A stretch of DNA of 64,000 nt from Acidobacteriota bacterium (GTDB lineage: Bacteria > Acidobacteriota > Vicinamibacteria > Vicinamibacterales > UBA2999): contig JAGNJW010000024.1 in the NCBI GenBank assembly GCA_018000455.1, forward strand, positions 13,632 to 77,631. The letters run 5' to 3'. Numbering within the stretch: the stretch's first letter is position 1; every line of letters starts with the position of its first letter. The position numbers and the translations under genes were made by a program. Shown piece after piece: positions 14,290 to 30,249 of the stretch. A model generated the notes under the pieces. That model saw only the letters and a program-made list of their open reading frames with translations, made no database searches and was not told the origin of the DNA.

Positions 14290-14591
14290 GACCCGAGGAG
14301 CGCCGCCGCGCACCGCGTCAGTGCGCGCCGCGCTTCGGCGTTGCTGATGTTGCGCTCATCCGGCCGGGTCTGGCCGTGTCGGTCGTGACGATTTCGTCCC
14401 TGGGCGCCAGGGTCGAGTCGCTCTCCCCAATTCGGCCAGGAGCCCGTACCGAACTCACGCTCGACTCGCCCGACGGTCGGCGGTGGCCGGTGGGCGTGGT
14501 GGTGCTGAGGTGCTGGGTCGCGGCACTCGGCCCCGTGCGCTATCACGCCGCAATGCGATTCGACAGTCCCATTGCCGAGGGTAGCGGGTAG
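14274..14591 (+). CDS. Small PilZ-domain protein (putative c-di-GMP receptor)
   Basis: This is the C-terminal third of the otherwise implausible ORF 13698..14591. It reads EERRRAPRQCAPRF...VSVVTISSLGARVES...WPVGVVVLRCW...YHAAMRF. That gives RxxxR (RRAPR) plus a TxSxxG variant of the (D/N)xSxxG motif and a beta-barrel-like pattern. The GTG at 14274 is the nearest upstream start, and the start is uncertain. Confidence 0.5.
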   Translation: MAADLRPEERRRAPRQCAPRFGVADVALIRPGLAVSVVTISSLGARVESLSPIRPGARTELTLDSPDGRRWPVGVVVLRCWVAALGPVRYHAAMRFDSPIAEGSG

Positions 14592-14753
14592 TGACTACCC
14601 ATCGGATGGGCGGTCGGGTGAGGGTAGTCGCTACCCGTCGGTCCTCTCACGGCGCGTCGCTGGCCGACGAAAGCGCAGCAATAGCCAGTATTCGACTACC
14701 GCAGGCGGCTGGCATCGGCCTTGAGTCAGCACCCCTGCAAGGGGGCAGGGCGA

Positions 14754-16127
<1,374 letters not shown>

Positions 16128-16212
16128 GGCGAGTCAATCGGCCCGCGTCCTTGACCGGGGTGGGCGGGCGTAGTACGTTCCTGCGGATCCGTCTCGCCTC
16201 CATGGACCCCGC

Positions 16213-17331
16213 ATGAATGACTCTACGCCGACGCCTCTGAAGAAAACTGCGCTGCACGCCGCCCACGTCGCCCTCGGGGCTCGGATGGTGCCATTCGGCG
16301 GCTGGGACATGCCCGTCGAGTACTCAGGCATTACCGCCGAGCACATGGCCGTGCGCACGGCCGCCGGCCTTTTCGACGTCTCGCACATGGGGCAGATCGA
16401 GCTGGCCGGCCCCAATGCGCTCGCCGCCGTGCAGCACATCACGTCCAACGACGCCTCGAAGCTCCAGAATGGCCAGGCGCACTACTCGGCGCTCACGACG
16501 CCCGAGGGCACCTTCGTCGATGACGTGCTCGTCTACCGCTTCGCCGAGAAGCACTACCTGCTGGTCGTCAACGCCTCGAACATCGAGAAGGACCACGCCT
16601 GGATCGCCAAACACGCGCCGGAGGCCGGCGAGGTGGCGATCGTGAACTCCTCCGATCGCTATGCCCTGATCGCCGTGCAGGGGCCGAAGGCCACGGCGAT
16701 CGTGCAGCGCCTGACGGCGGTCGATCTGGCCGCCATCAAGTACTACTGGTTTGCGCACGGAGAAGTGGCGGGCGTGCGTGCCACGCTGTCGCGCACCGGC
16801 TACTCGGGCGAGGACGGCTTCGAGCTGTTCGTGCCGCCGCAGTTCGCCACCCAGCTCTGGAACGCCCTGCTCGACGCCGGCAAGCCGGACGGCCTCGTGC
16901 CGGCCGGCCTCGGCGCCCGCGACACGCTGCGCCTCGAGGCGGCCATGCGGCTCTACGGCAACGACATGGACGAGACGTCCACCGTGCTCGAGTGCGGCCT
17001 CGGCTGGGCGGTCGGCTGGGACAAGACCGAGTTCATCGGCCGCGAGGTGCTGGTGCGGCAGAAGGCCGAGGGCGTGACGAAGAGGCTGGTCGGCTTCGAG
17101 ATGCTCGACAAGGCCATTGCGCGGCACGGCCACGCCGTCCACCACGACGGCGCCGCGGTCGGGGTCGTCACGAGCGGTACCCACACCCCCTTCCTGAAGA
17201 AGGCCATCGGCATGGCCTACGTGCCGAAGGCGCTCGCCACCACCGGCACCGAGTTCACCATCGACATCCGCGGACGGATGGCGCGCGCCGTCGTCGTCCC
17301 GATGCCGTTCTACAAGCGTCCGAAGGCCTAG
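16213..17331 (+). CDS. gcvT: Glycine cleavage system aminomethyltransferase (T protein)
   Basis: Full-length match to the GcvT pattern: LKKTALH..H..LGARMVPFGGWDMPVEY, FDVSHMG, SRTGYSGEDGFE, GLGARDTLRLEA. Confidence 0.95.
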   Translation: MNDSTPTPLKKTALHAAHVALGARMVPFGGWDMPVEYSGITAEHMAVRTAAGLFDVSHMGQIELAGPNALAAVQHITSNDASKLQNGQAHYSALTTPEGTFVDDVLVYRFAEKHYLLVVNASNIEKDHAWIAKHAPEAGEVAIVNSSDRYALIAVQGPKATAIVQRLTAVDLAAIKYYWFAHGEVAGVRATLSRTGYSGEDGFELFVPPQFATQLWNALLDAGKPDGLVPAGLGARDTLRLEAAMRLYGNDMDETSTVLECGLGWAVGWDKTEFIGREVLVRQKAEGVTKRLVGFEMLDKAIARHGHAVHHDGAAVGVVTSGTHTPFLKKAIGMAYVPKALATTGTEFTIDIRGRMARAVVVPMPFYKRPKA

Positions 17332-17347
17332 TGCGAGGAGCTGGTCA

Positions 17348-17722
17348 ATGTATCCGAGCGATCTGAAGTACACCAAGGACCACGAGTGGGTGCGCATCGA
17401 AGACGGCCACGGCACCGTGGGCATCACCAACTTCGCCCAGCAGCAGCTCGGTGACGTCGTCTTCGTGGAGTTGCCTGAGGTCGGAACCGCGCTCACCCTC
17501 GGCCAGCCGTTCGGCACCATCGAGTCGGTGAAGGCCGTCTCGGAGCTGTTCGCGCCGCTGACCGGCACGGTGACCGAGGTCAACACCGCCATCAAGGACC
17601 GTCCCGATGCCGTCAACAGCGCGCCGCACGACACCTGGATGATCAAGGTGCAGCTGGCGAACCCGGCCGAAGCCGACGCGCTGCTCGCCGCGGCCGACTA
17701 CGAAGCGTCGCTCGCGCCCTAG
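17348..17722 (+). CDS. gcvH: Glycine cleavage system H protein
   Basis: YTKDHEWV...[22 protein letters not shown]...ESVKAVSE, which includes the lipoyl-lysine motif. Length is 124 aa. Confidence 0.95.
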   Translation: MYPSDLKYTKDHEWVRIEDGHGTVGITNFAQQQLGDVVFVELPEVGTALTLGQPFGTIESVKAVSELFAPLTGTVTEVNTAIKDRPDAVNSAPHDTWMIKVQLANPAEADALLAAADYEASLAP

Positions 17723-17756
17723 TCACTCGTTCCCCTTTTTCACGTCTGGCCCGCCG

Positions 17757-20630
17757 ATGGATACGTTCGTTCGCCGCCACGTAGGACCTCGTCCACACGA
17801 CCTGCCCGAGATGCTCGCCACGATCGGCGCGCCGTCGCTCGATGCGCTCATCGACGAGGCGATCCCGGCGTCGATCCGCCGGCCCGACCCGGTGGCGCTG
17901 CCCCCGGGGGAAAGCGAACACACGTATCTGATGCGGCTGCGCGGTGTGGCCGCCAAGAACCGGCTGCTCCGCTCGTGCATCGGGATGGGCTACTACGACA
18001 CGATCACGCCGAGCGTCATCCGCCGGTGCCTGTTCGAGAACCCGAGCTGGTACACGCCCTACACGCCCTACCAGGCCGAAATCGCGCAGGGACGCCTGGA
18101 GTCGCTGCTGAACTTCCAGACGGTGGTGTCGGACCTGACCGGCCTGCCGGTGGCCACCGCGTCGCTCCTCGACGAGGGCACCGCGGCCGGCGAGGCGATG
18201 ACGCTGCTGCACCGCGTGTCACCGAAGAAGCTGACGAGCGGCGGCATTTTCCTGGCCGCCGACACCGTGTTCCCGCAGACGCTGGCCGTCCTGCAGAGCC
18301 GCGCCGAACCCCTCGACATCGAGTTGCGCGTCGTGCCCGTGAACGCCATGCCGTTCGACGACCCGAACGTGTTCGGCGTGCTGCTGCAGTATCCAGACGA
18401 TCGGGGCGCGATCGTCGATCCCTCGGCCCTCATCACGGCCGCGCACGCCGCGAAGGTGCTGGTGGCGGTGGCCACCGACCTGCTGGCGCTCACCGTGCTG
18501 ACCCCGCCGGGCGAACTCGGCGCCGATATCGTGCTCGGCAACTCGCAGCGTTTCGGCGTGCCGCTCGGCTATGGCGGTCCGCATGCGGCCTTCTTCGCGA
18601 CGCGCCAGGACCACGTTCGCCACGCCCCCGGCCGCATCATCGGCGTCTCGGTCGATGCGCACGGTCACCGCGCCTACCGCATGGCGCTGCAGACCCGTGA
18701 GCAGCATATCCGGCGCGAGAAGGCGACCTCGAACATCTGCACGGCGCAGGCGCTACTAGCCAACATGGCGGCGATGTACGCCGTGTATCACGGACCCGAG
18801 GGCCTGACCGCGATCGCCCGGCGCGTCCACGGCCTCACGCAGGCGCTCGCCGCCGGCGTGACCGCGCTCGGCGTCAGCCAGACCAACGGCCACTACTTCG
18901 ACACGCTGCGCTTCACGCTCACGGCCGCCGAGGCCGCCGCCGTGCGGGCGGGTTCCGTCGCTGCGGGCTACAACCTGCGACACGTGGGCGACACGGGCAT
19001 CGGCGTCTCGTTCGACGAGACGGCCGGCGAGGAGGACGTCGCCGCTCTGGTCAAGGTCTTCGCTGCGGCGGTGGGGAAGATGGGTGACACGGCGCCAGCG
19101 AAGGCAGCCGGCACGGCGGCGGTCGCCGCCGCCGACGCGCTCCCACCGGCCCTGCGGCGTTCGAGCGCGTTTCTGACGCACGCCGTGTTCCATGCGCATC
19201 GCTCCGAGAGCGAGATGATGCGCTACCTCAAGATGCTCGAGCGCAAGGACATCGGCCTCGACACCTCGATGATCGCGCTCGGCTCCTGCACCATGAAGCT
19301 GAACGCGGCCAGCGAGATGTATCCGGTGACCTGGCCAGAGTTCTCTCGCCTCCACCCGTTCGTGCCGCTCGACCAGGCCGAGGGCTACGCCGAAGTGTGC
19401 CGCGACCTGGAGGCGGCGCTGGCCGAGCTCACCGGATTCACGGCCACATCGTTGCAGCCCAATTCAGGCGCGCAGGGCGAACTGGCCGGACTGCTCGTCA
19501 TCCGCGCCTGGCACCGGGATCGCGGCGAGGGCCACCGCAACGTGGTGCTGATCCCCGCCTCCGCACATGGGACCAATCCCGCAAGCGCGGTGATGGCCGG
19601 TTACAAGGTCGTGGTCGTGGCCTCGGACGCCGATGGCAATATCGACGTGGCCGACCTCAAGGCCAAGGCGGCCGCCCACAGCGCCGTCCTGGCCGCGCTG
19701 ATGGTCACGTATCCCTCGACGCACGGCGTGTTCGAGGATGCCATTCGCGACATCTGCGCTGCCGTGCACGAGCACGGCGGACAGGTCTACATGGACGGCG
19801 CCAACATGAATGCGCAGGTGGGCCTGACCAGTCCTGCACTCATCGGCGCCGATGTGAACCACATCAACCTGCACAAGACGTTCGCCATTCCGCACGGCGG
19901 CGGCGGACCTGGCATGGGCCCGATCTGCGCGGCCGAGCACCTTGCGCCTTACCTGCCCGGCCACCCACTGGCCGCCACCGGTGGTGCCAAGGGGATCCTG
20001 CCGGTATCGGCGGCGCCGTGGGGCAGCGCCAGCATCCTGCTCATCTCCTACGGCTACATCAAGATGCTGGGCGGCGACGGCGTCACTGAGTCGACCAAGT
20101 ACGCCATCCTGAACGCCAACTACGTCAAGGCGCGGCTGGCCGGCCACTATGACGTGCTCTATGCCCGCGCCAACGGGCGGGTGGCGCACGAGATGATTTT
20201 CGACCTGCGCAAGTTCAAGGCGTACGGCGTGGAAGAGGGCGACGTCGCCAAGCGTCTGATGGACTACGGCTTTCACGCGCCCACGGTATCGTTCCCCGTG
20301 CCCGGCACGCTGATGATCGAGCCGACCGAGAGCGAGGACAAAGCGGAGCTCGATCGTTTCTGCGATGCGCTGATCGCGATTCGGCAGGAAATCGAGGACG
20401 TGGTGACCGGAAAGGCCGACGCCAAGGACAACGTGCTGAAGAACGCGCCGCACACCGCAGCCGCGGTGACGGCCGACACCTGGACCCACCCCTACTCGAG
20501 GGAACAGGCGGCGTATCCGCTGCCGTGGGTGAGGACGAGCAAGTTCTGGCCGAGTGTCGGCCGGGTCGACAATTCGTACGGCGATCGCAATCTGGTCTGC
20601 ACCTGCCCGCCCATGGAGGCGTACGCGTAG
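17757..20630 (+). CDS. gcvP: Glycine dehydrogenase (decarboxylating), single-chain P protein
   Basis: 957 aa. Contains [22 protein letters not shown], a PLP-lysine region [19 protein letters not shown], and a conserved C-terminus. Confidence 0.95.
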   Translation: MDTFVRRHVGPRPHDLPEMLATIGAPSLDALIDEAIPASIRRPDPVALPPGESEHTYLMRLRGVAAKNRLLRSCIGMGYYDTITPSVIRRCLFENPSWYTPYTPYQAEIAQGRLESLLNFQTVVSDLTGLPVATASLLDEGTAAGEAMTLLHRVSPKKLTSGGIFLAADTVFPQTLAVLQSRAEPLDIELRVVPVNAMPFDDPNVFGVLLQYPDDRGAIVDPSALITAAHAAKVLVAVATDLLALTVLTPPGELGADIVLGNSQRFGVPLGYGGPHAAFFATRQDHVRHAPGRIIGVSVDAHGHRAYRMALQTREQHIRREKATSNICTAQALLANMAAMYAVYHGPEGLTAIARRVHGLTQALAAGVTALGVSQTNGHYFDTLRFTLTAAEAAAVRAGSVAAGYNLRHVGDTGIGVSFDETAGEEDVAALVKVFAAAVGKMGDTAPAKAAGTAAVAAADALPPALRRSSAFLTHAVFHAHRSESEMMRYLKMLERKDIGLDTSMIALGSCTMKLNAASEMYPVTWPEFSRLHPFVPLDQAEGYAEVCRDLEAALAELTGFTATSLQPNSGAQGELAGLLVIRAWHRDRGEGHRNVVLIPASAHGTNPASAVMAGYKVVVVASDADGNIDVADLKAKAAAHSAVLAALMVTYPSTHGVFEDAIRDICAAVHEHGGQVYMDGANMNAQVGLTSPALIGADVNHINLHKTFAIPHGGGGPGMGPICAAEHLAPYLPGHPLAATGGAKGILPVSAAPWGSASILLISYGYIKMLGGDGVTESTKYAILNANYVKARLAGHYDVLYARANGRVAHEMIFDLRKFKAYGVEEGDVAKRLMDYGFHAPTVSFPVPGTLMIEPTESEDKAELDRFCDALIAIRQEIEDVVTGKADAKDNVLKNAPHTAAAVTADTWTHPYSREQAAYPLPWVRTSKFWPSVGRVDNSYGDRNLVCTCPPMEAYA

Positions 20631-20652
20631 CTCGGGCGGACGGCCCGAACCG

Positions 20653-22254
20653 ATGGGAGACTTCCGCCGCATGCGGCCGCTTCGGGTCCTGAACGCCCGT
20701 CAGATGCGGGCGGCCGATCGCCGCACCATCGACGACGTCGGCATTGGGTCGATCGTTCTCATGGAGAACGCCGGCCGCCAGGTGGTGGCGGCGCTCGAGA
20801 CCCTGGTCGACGACTTGCCGTCGCGGACGGTCGCCATCCTGTGCGGCACCGGCAACAACGGCGGCGACGGTTTCGTCGTGGCCCGATCGCTGCGGCAGCG
20901 CGGGCTCGAGGTGGTGGTGTTCCTCATCGGCACGACGGCCGACGTGCGGGGCGACGCGCGCATCAACCTCGACGTCCTCGGGCGACTCGGCACGCCGATT
21001 GTCGAGATCGCGGAGGCTTCGGCCTGGGAACTGCACGGGTCCGAGGTGACGGGCGCAGATCTCATCGTCGACGCCATCGTCGGCACCGGGCTCAGCCGCC
21101 CGCTCTCCGGCCTGCACGAGACGATCGTGGCCGACGTCAACGCGTCGGGCACGACGGTTGTCGCCATCGACCTGCCCTCGGGCCTCTCGGCCGACGCCGC
21201 TGAACCACTCGGACCGTCGCTGCACGCGACCGTCACGGTGACCCTCGGCGCCCCGAAGGTGCCACTGGTGCTCCCTCCGGCGGAGCACACGGTCGGAGAC
21301 GTCGTCATCGCCGACATCGGCATTCCGGCCTTCGTGCTCGATGAGGTCGACGGACCACGCCTCTTTCTGCTGACGCGGGAGTACGTCCGTACGCTGGTGC
21401 CGACACGCAGTCCAGATGCGCACAAGGGCGACTTCGGACGGGTCGTGATCGTGGCCGGCTCGCTCGGCATGACCGGCGCTGCGGCGCTCGCGGCCAGAGC
21501 GGCGCTGCGCGCGGGCGCCGGACTGGTCACGGTGGCGACGCCCCACAGCGTGCAGCCGGTAGTGGCGGGCCTCGGCAGCGAGTTCATGACGGTGCCGCTG
21601 GCCGACGACGAGGGCTGCGTGGCGGCAGACGCCGTCGACCGCGTTCTCGACCTCCATGCCGACGTCGTGGCCATCGGGCCCGGTCTGGGTGCCGGCCCCG
21701 GCACGGGCCCGTTCGTGCGCGCGATGCTCGAGCGCTGCGAGGCGCCGCTCATCCTCGATGCCGATGCCCTGAACGCCTGTGCCGGCGGTCCGGCTGTGCT
21801 CGTCGGCCGCGAAGAGCGGCCGGTCGTCATCACGCCGCACCCGGGAGAGATGGCGCGTCTGCTTGGGTGCGCCACCGAGGACGTGCAGGCCAACCGCGTC
21901 GGGCTGGCCACCGAGTTCGCCGCCCGCCACGGCGTGACGGTCGTGCTCAAGGGCTACCGTACGATCATCGCCACGCCGAGCGGCGACGTGTTCGTGAACC
22001 CAACCGGCAGCCCCGGCATGGCCACCGCCGGCAGTGGCGATGTGCTCACGGGCATGGTGGCGGCCGCACTCGCGCAGCTGCTCGATGCGGCCACGGCGTG
22101 CCAGCTTGCCACCTATCTGCACGGCGCGGCGGGGGAACTCGCCGACGCCGACGAGGGCGAGATGTCGATGGTGGCCGGCGACATCGTGAGCCATATCGGT
22201 GATGCCGTGCAGGAGCTGGCGGCCCGCGAGCAGGTGGCGTCGCGCAGCGAATGA
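20653..22254 (+). CDS. nnr: Bifunctional NAD(P)H-hydrate repair enzyme (epimerase + ADP-dependent dehydratase)
   Basis: N-terminal YjeF_N (GTGNNGGDGFVVAR) and C-terminal carbohydrate-kinase-like dehydratase (HKGDFGRVVIVAGS...GSGDVLTG). The start is either ATG 20653 or ATG 20671. Confidence 0.88.
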   Translation: MGDFRRMRPLRVLNARQMRAADRRTIDDVGIGSIVLMENAGRQVVAALETLVDDLPSRTVAILCGTGNNGGDGFVVARSLRQRGLEVVVFLIGTTADVRGDARINLDVLGRLGTPIVEIAEASAWELHGSEVTGADLIVDAIVGTGLSRPLSGLHETIVADVNASGTTVVAIDLPSGLSADAAEPLGPSLHATVTVTLGAPKVPLVLPPAEHTVGDVVIADIGIPAFVLDEVDGPRLFLLTREYVRTLVPTRSPDAHKGDFGRVVIVAGSLGMTGAAALAARAALRAGAGLVTVATPHSVQPVVAGLGSEFMTVPLADDEGCVAADAVDRVLDLHADVVAIGPGLGAGPGTGPFVRAMLERCEAPLILDADALNACAGGPAVLVGREERPVVITPHPGEMARLLGCATEDVQANRVGLATEFAARHGVTVVLKGYRTIIATPSGDVFVNPTGSPGMATAGSGDVLTGMVAAALAQLLDAATACQLATYLHGAAGELADADEGEMSMVAGDIVSHIGDAVQELAAREQVASRSE

Positions 22255-22682
22255 GCGGCGCCGTCACGCACGTCACGGTCGGCGAGGCCGCGACGCGCGC
22301 CGTCGCTGCGGCCCTGGCCGCGACGCTGGTCCCCGGCGATCTCGTGCTGCTCCACGGCGACCTCGGGGCGGGGAAGACCGTGTTCGTGAAGGGCCTGGCC
22401 GAAGGCCTCGATCTCGATCCCGACGCCGTGACGAGTCCCACGTTCACCCTCGTGCACGAGTACACCGGGGGGCGTCTGCCGCTCGTGCACCTGGATCTCT
22501 ACCGCCTCGACCGGACGGAGCTCGACGATATCGGCCTCGATTCCGACCTGGCCCAACGCGGCGTGGTGGTGGTGGAGTGGGCCGAGCGCCTTGCACGCAC
22601 GCCGGTCGCCGCGGTGGTGGTGGTGCGCATTGCCGACCTCGGTGCCGAGGCTCGCGAAGTTCGTATCAGCCATGCGGGCTGA
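22251..22682 (+). CDS. tsaE: tRNA t6A37 biosynthesis ATPase TsaE
   Basis: P-loop GDLGAGKTVFVKG, SPTFTLVHEY, HLDLYRL and VVVVEW, which is the typical TsaE/YjeE pattern. The ATG overlaps the nnr stop. Confidence 0.88.
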   Translation: MSGAVTHVTVGEAATRAVAAALAATLVPGDLVLLHGDLGAGKTVFVKGLAEGLDLDPDAVTSPTFTLVHEYTGGRLPLVHLDLYRLDRTELDDIGLDSDLAQRGVVVVEWAERLARTPVAAVVVVRIADLGAEAREVRISHAG

Positions 22683-22898
22683 CGGTTCGGCGCCGTCCTG
22701 AGCTGGGAATCGGCCGCCGCGCGCAGTCCCAGTCATCAGGGCCGCGTGCCACCTCGCACTCGCGGTTGTAGCAACGGCGGTCTTGATGGCTTGCGCCAGC
22801 GGCGTTGAGCGAACGTCAGAAGTCGCCGGACGAGCCGTACGGCGTCAGTTCCCGCCTGCAGCAGTGAGGTCGTCTCTCCGCCGCCCGAGTGCGGGTTG

Positions 22899-27463
<4,565 letters not shown>

Positions 27464-27548
27464 GCGGGAATGACAGGGGTCAGGAGATTCAATCGATCTT
27501 ACTGGCGCCGCCGTGGAGCGTCAAGGAACGGCGGGGCGCGGGCCGGCC

Positions 27549-28580
27549 TCAGTTGGCGGCGTGCCCGGCGTTCTTGAGCAAGAACTGCAGCGGATTGAGG
27601 AGACGGTCGTTGACCCGCACTTCGTAGTGGAGGTGCGGCGCCGTGGCCCGGCCGGTCGCGCCTACCGTGCCGATCTGGTCGCCGCGCTTCACCCTGGCGC
27701 CGACCTCGACCGTGAACGTGGCCAGGTGTCCGTAGCGCGATTCGAGTCCGAAGCCGTGGTCGATGCGCACCAGATTGCCGTAGGCGCTATAGGTGCTGGC
27801 ATGGACGATTGTGCTGTCGGCCGTGGCGAAGACCGGCGAACCGCGATTGGCCGAGATGTCGAGGCCAGGGTGGTAATCGGGGTCACCGGTGAACGGATCG
27901 CGACGTGCGCCCATGGACGAGCTGAGCCACCCGGTGGCCGGCCAGATTGACGGTGTGGCGGCGGCCAGTTTGTTCCGCTTCTCGACGCTCGACTGCACCG
28001 ACTGCAGGCGGCTCTCGAGTCCCTGCAAGAGGTCGCGCAGGAGGCCGAAGGTGTCTTCCGGGGAGTTGAGGCTCGGCAGGAGCGCCAAGCCCTGTGCGGG
28101 CGTGAACCCGCCGCCGCCCATCGCGCGCGATTTGACGATGGCGGGCAGCTTGTCCATCGCGGAGCGCAGGGCCGGGTCGAGGGCCGAACGTCCGCCGAGA
28201 TCGTCGAGGGCCGTCTGCAGGCCCTGAATCTGTCCGGTGAGCGCTTCGGTCGTGGCGCGGTAGCTCGAGAGCTCGAGGTTGAGCGTCGTGTGCGAGGCAT
28301 AGAGGTCGGCGACGTCGGCCTTGGCCTTCCACGCCGCACCCATGCCGATGAGCACCGGCAACGTCACCACCGTGGCCAGCACGAAGAGCGCCGGGCGCAA
28401 CCCGACGGTGAAGCGCCGAACGACGCCTGTCTGGCGGTCGGCGAGAAGAATCGTGTAGCGCGTTGAAGGCATCCGGTCCGGAGTGTGTGCGGGCAGGCCC
28501 ACCCGCGGTGGACGCAACTTTCGGAGCATACCACGCTCGTCGAAGGCCCCGGTAGGCGACGGCCGCCGGCAGACGAACAT
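27549..28580 (-). CDS. M23-family (LytM/NlpD-like) metallopeptidase with N-terminal membrane anchor and coiled-coil
   Basis: HxxxD (YHPGLDI) and HxH (APHLHYEV) zinc motifs, plus a TM segment LRPALFVLATVVTLPVLIGM. The start is uncertain, with in-frame ATGs at 28580, 28529 and 28472. Confidence 0.85.
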   Translation of the reverse strand: MFVCRRPSPTGAFDERGMLRKLRPPRVGLPAHTPDRMPSTRYTILLADRQTGVVRRFTVGLRPALFVLATVVTLPVLIGMGAAWKAKADVADLYASHTTLNLELSSYRATTEALTGQIQGLQTALDDLGGRSALDPALRSAMDKLPAIVKSRAMGGGGFTPAQGLALLPSLNSPEDTFGLLRDLLQGLESRLQSVQSSVEKRNKLAAATPSIWPATGWLSSSMGARRDPFTGDPDYHPGLDISANRGSPVFATADSTIVHASTYSAYGNLVRIDHGFGLESRYGHLATFTVEVGARVKRGDQIGTVGATGRATAPHLHYEVRVNDRLLNPLQFLLKNAGHAAN

Positions 28581-28589
28581 ATGGCGAAT

Positions 28590-30113
28590 CTATGTCGCTG
28601 GGCCGCCGGCGCGGAACTGGAGGGCCTCGAGCACATGCGCCGCCGTGACGTTCGTGCTGAGGTCGAGATCAGCGATCGTGCGGGCGACGCGCAGCGTGCG
28701 GTGCACGGCGCGGCCGCTCAAGCCCAGCCGTCGGGCGGCGGCAGCGAGGTGGCTGGTCGTCGGGCGGTCGAGCGCCGCCACCGACTCGAGTGCGGCCGGA
28801 GGGAGCCGGCTGTTGAGCCTCGCGCCCGTTGAGGGCGCGCGGGCGCGCTGCACGGCGCGCGCCGCCTCGACCCGGCCCCGCACGGCGGCCGATGGCTCAC
28901 CCATGGCGGGTGCTGTCAGGACCTCGAACGGTACCGGTGCCAGTTCCACCGTGAGGTCCAGGCGATCGCGCAGCGGACCCGACACTCGCCCGAGGTAGCG
29001 CGCGACGGCGTCCGGCGTGCAGCGGCACGGCCGTGCTGAGTGGCCGGCGTAACCGCAGGGGCAGGGGTTCATGGCCGCTACGAGCGTGAACGCGGCGGGG
29101 AAGGCAACCGTGCCCGATGCCCGGGCGAGGCGCACCAGGCCGTCCTCGAGCGGTTGGCGCAGCGTCTCGAGCGTTCGGCGTCCGAACTCGGGCAGCTCGT
29201 CGAGGAAGAGCACGCCGTGATGCGCGAGGGTGATGTCGCCCGGACGCGGTGCGCCCCCGCCGCCGACCAGTGCGGCCTCCGACGCGGTGTGGTGCGGGCT
29301 TCGAAATGGGCGGGTGCCGACCAGGCCGCCACCGGCGCCGAGCAGGCCCGCGACCGAGTGGATGGCGGTCACTTCGAGTGCCTCGTCGAACGTCAGCGCC
29401 GGCAGGATGCCCGGCATGCGGCGGGCGAGCAGCGTCTTCCCAGCGCCAGGAGGGCCGACAAAGAGCATGTGGTGGCCGCCGGCCGCGGCAATCTCGAGGG
29501 CGCGGCGCGCCGAGGCCTGACCGTGCACGTCGACGAGGTCTGCTTCGACGGCGGTACCGGCGATCGCGCCTGACGGGGCGGCGGCGCGCGGCCAGACCTC
29601 GACCGGTTCCTTGAGCAGCGCCACCGCGTCGGCGAGTGTGGCGATCGGCACCACCCGCAGAGTGTCGACGACGGCCGCCTCGGCCGCGTTCGCCGTCGGC
29701 AGCAGCATCGCCCCGACGCCCTGCCGCTGGAGCCCGACGGCTACCGGCAGCGCCCCGCGGGTGGGCAGGACGGCGCCGTCGAGCGACAGCTCGCCCACGA
29801 TGGCCACCCGCGTCGAATCGTGGCGGGGCACGATGCCGGCGGCGGTGAGAATGGCAACGGCGATCGGCAGGTCGAACGACGCACCGGCCTTGCGCAGGTC
29901 GGCCGGGGCCAGGTTCACGGTGATGCGATGGCCGGGGAAGTCGAAGCCGGAGTTGCGGATGGCGGCCCGTACGCGGTCGCGGCTCTCGCGGACGCTGGCA
30001 TCCGGCAGGCCGACCAGAGCGAAGACTGGCAAGCCGAACGAGACGTCTACTTCGACGGCGACGGGGAAGGCATCGATGCCCCGGAGGGCGGCAGTCTGAA
30101 CTCGGGCCAGCAT
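28590..30113 (-). CDS. comM: YifB/ComM-family Mg-chelatase-like AAA+ ATPase
   Basis: N-terminal Lon-protease-like domain (MLARVQTAALRGIDAFPVAVEVD), Walker A GPPGAGKT, Walker B VLFLDELPEF, a CPCGY zinc motif and a C-terminal ChlI-like domain. Confidence 0.9.
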   Translation of the reverse strand: MLARVQTAALRGIDAFPVAVEVDVSFGLPVFALVGLPDASVRESRDRVRAAIRNSGFDFPGHRITVNLAPADLRKAGASFDLPIAVAILTAAGIVPRHDSTRVAIVGELSLDGAVLPTRGALPVAVGLQRQGVGAMLLPTANAAEAAVVDTLRVVPIATLADAVALLKEPVEVWPRAAAPSGAIAGTAVEADLVDVHGQASARRALEIAAAGGHHMLFVGPPGAGKTLLARRMPGILPALTFDEALEVTAIHSVAGLLGAGGGLVGTRPFRSPHHTASEAALVGGGGAPRPGDITLAHHGVLFLDELPEFGRRTLETLRQPLEDGLVRLARASGTVAFPAAFTLVAAMNPCPCGYAGHSARPCRCTPDAVARYLGRVSGPLRDRLDLTVELAPVPFEVLTAPAMGEPSAAVRGRVEAARAVQRARAPSTGARLNSRLPPAALESVAALDRPTTSHLAAAARRLGLSGRAVHRTLRVARTIADLDLSTNVTAAHVLEALQFRAGGPAT

Positions 30114-30249
30114 ATGCCGGCCACGTCCAAGGACGATGCCAGGCGGCGGCCGCCGCCATCCGCCGGGCCGGGCGGCCGTCGACCGTCAGACGACGCACTT
30201 CATGCGTACCGATCGCCGACCGGAGGGTGGAGATTGCGCCGTGCCGTCG

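Noticed and set aside
16128-16212. Expected glycine riboswitch upstream of gcvT
   Set aside because: Only about 85 nt of spacer is available. I could not find the conserved glycine-aptamer elements (GGAGAG...CACCG...GGGGCAA / CTCTGGAGAG). A covariance-model scan (Rfam RF00504) would settle it.
19464-22194. Minus-strand ORFs 19464..20672, 20215..22194 and 20700..21950 opposite gcvP and nnr
   Set aside because: They are mutually overlapping, Arg/Pro-rich and antisense to conserved genes, so they are treated as artefacts.
22683-22898. Possible terminator or sRNA in the convergent tsaE/guaB spacer, and ORF 22736..23215
   Set aside because: Only a weak CTGGGA...TCCCAG stem with an 18-nt loop is present. 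The ORF is antisense to guaB and Arg/Ala-rich.
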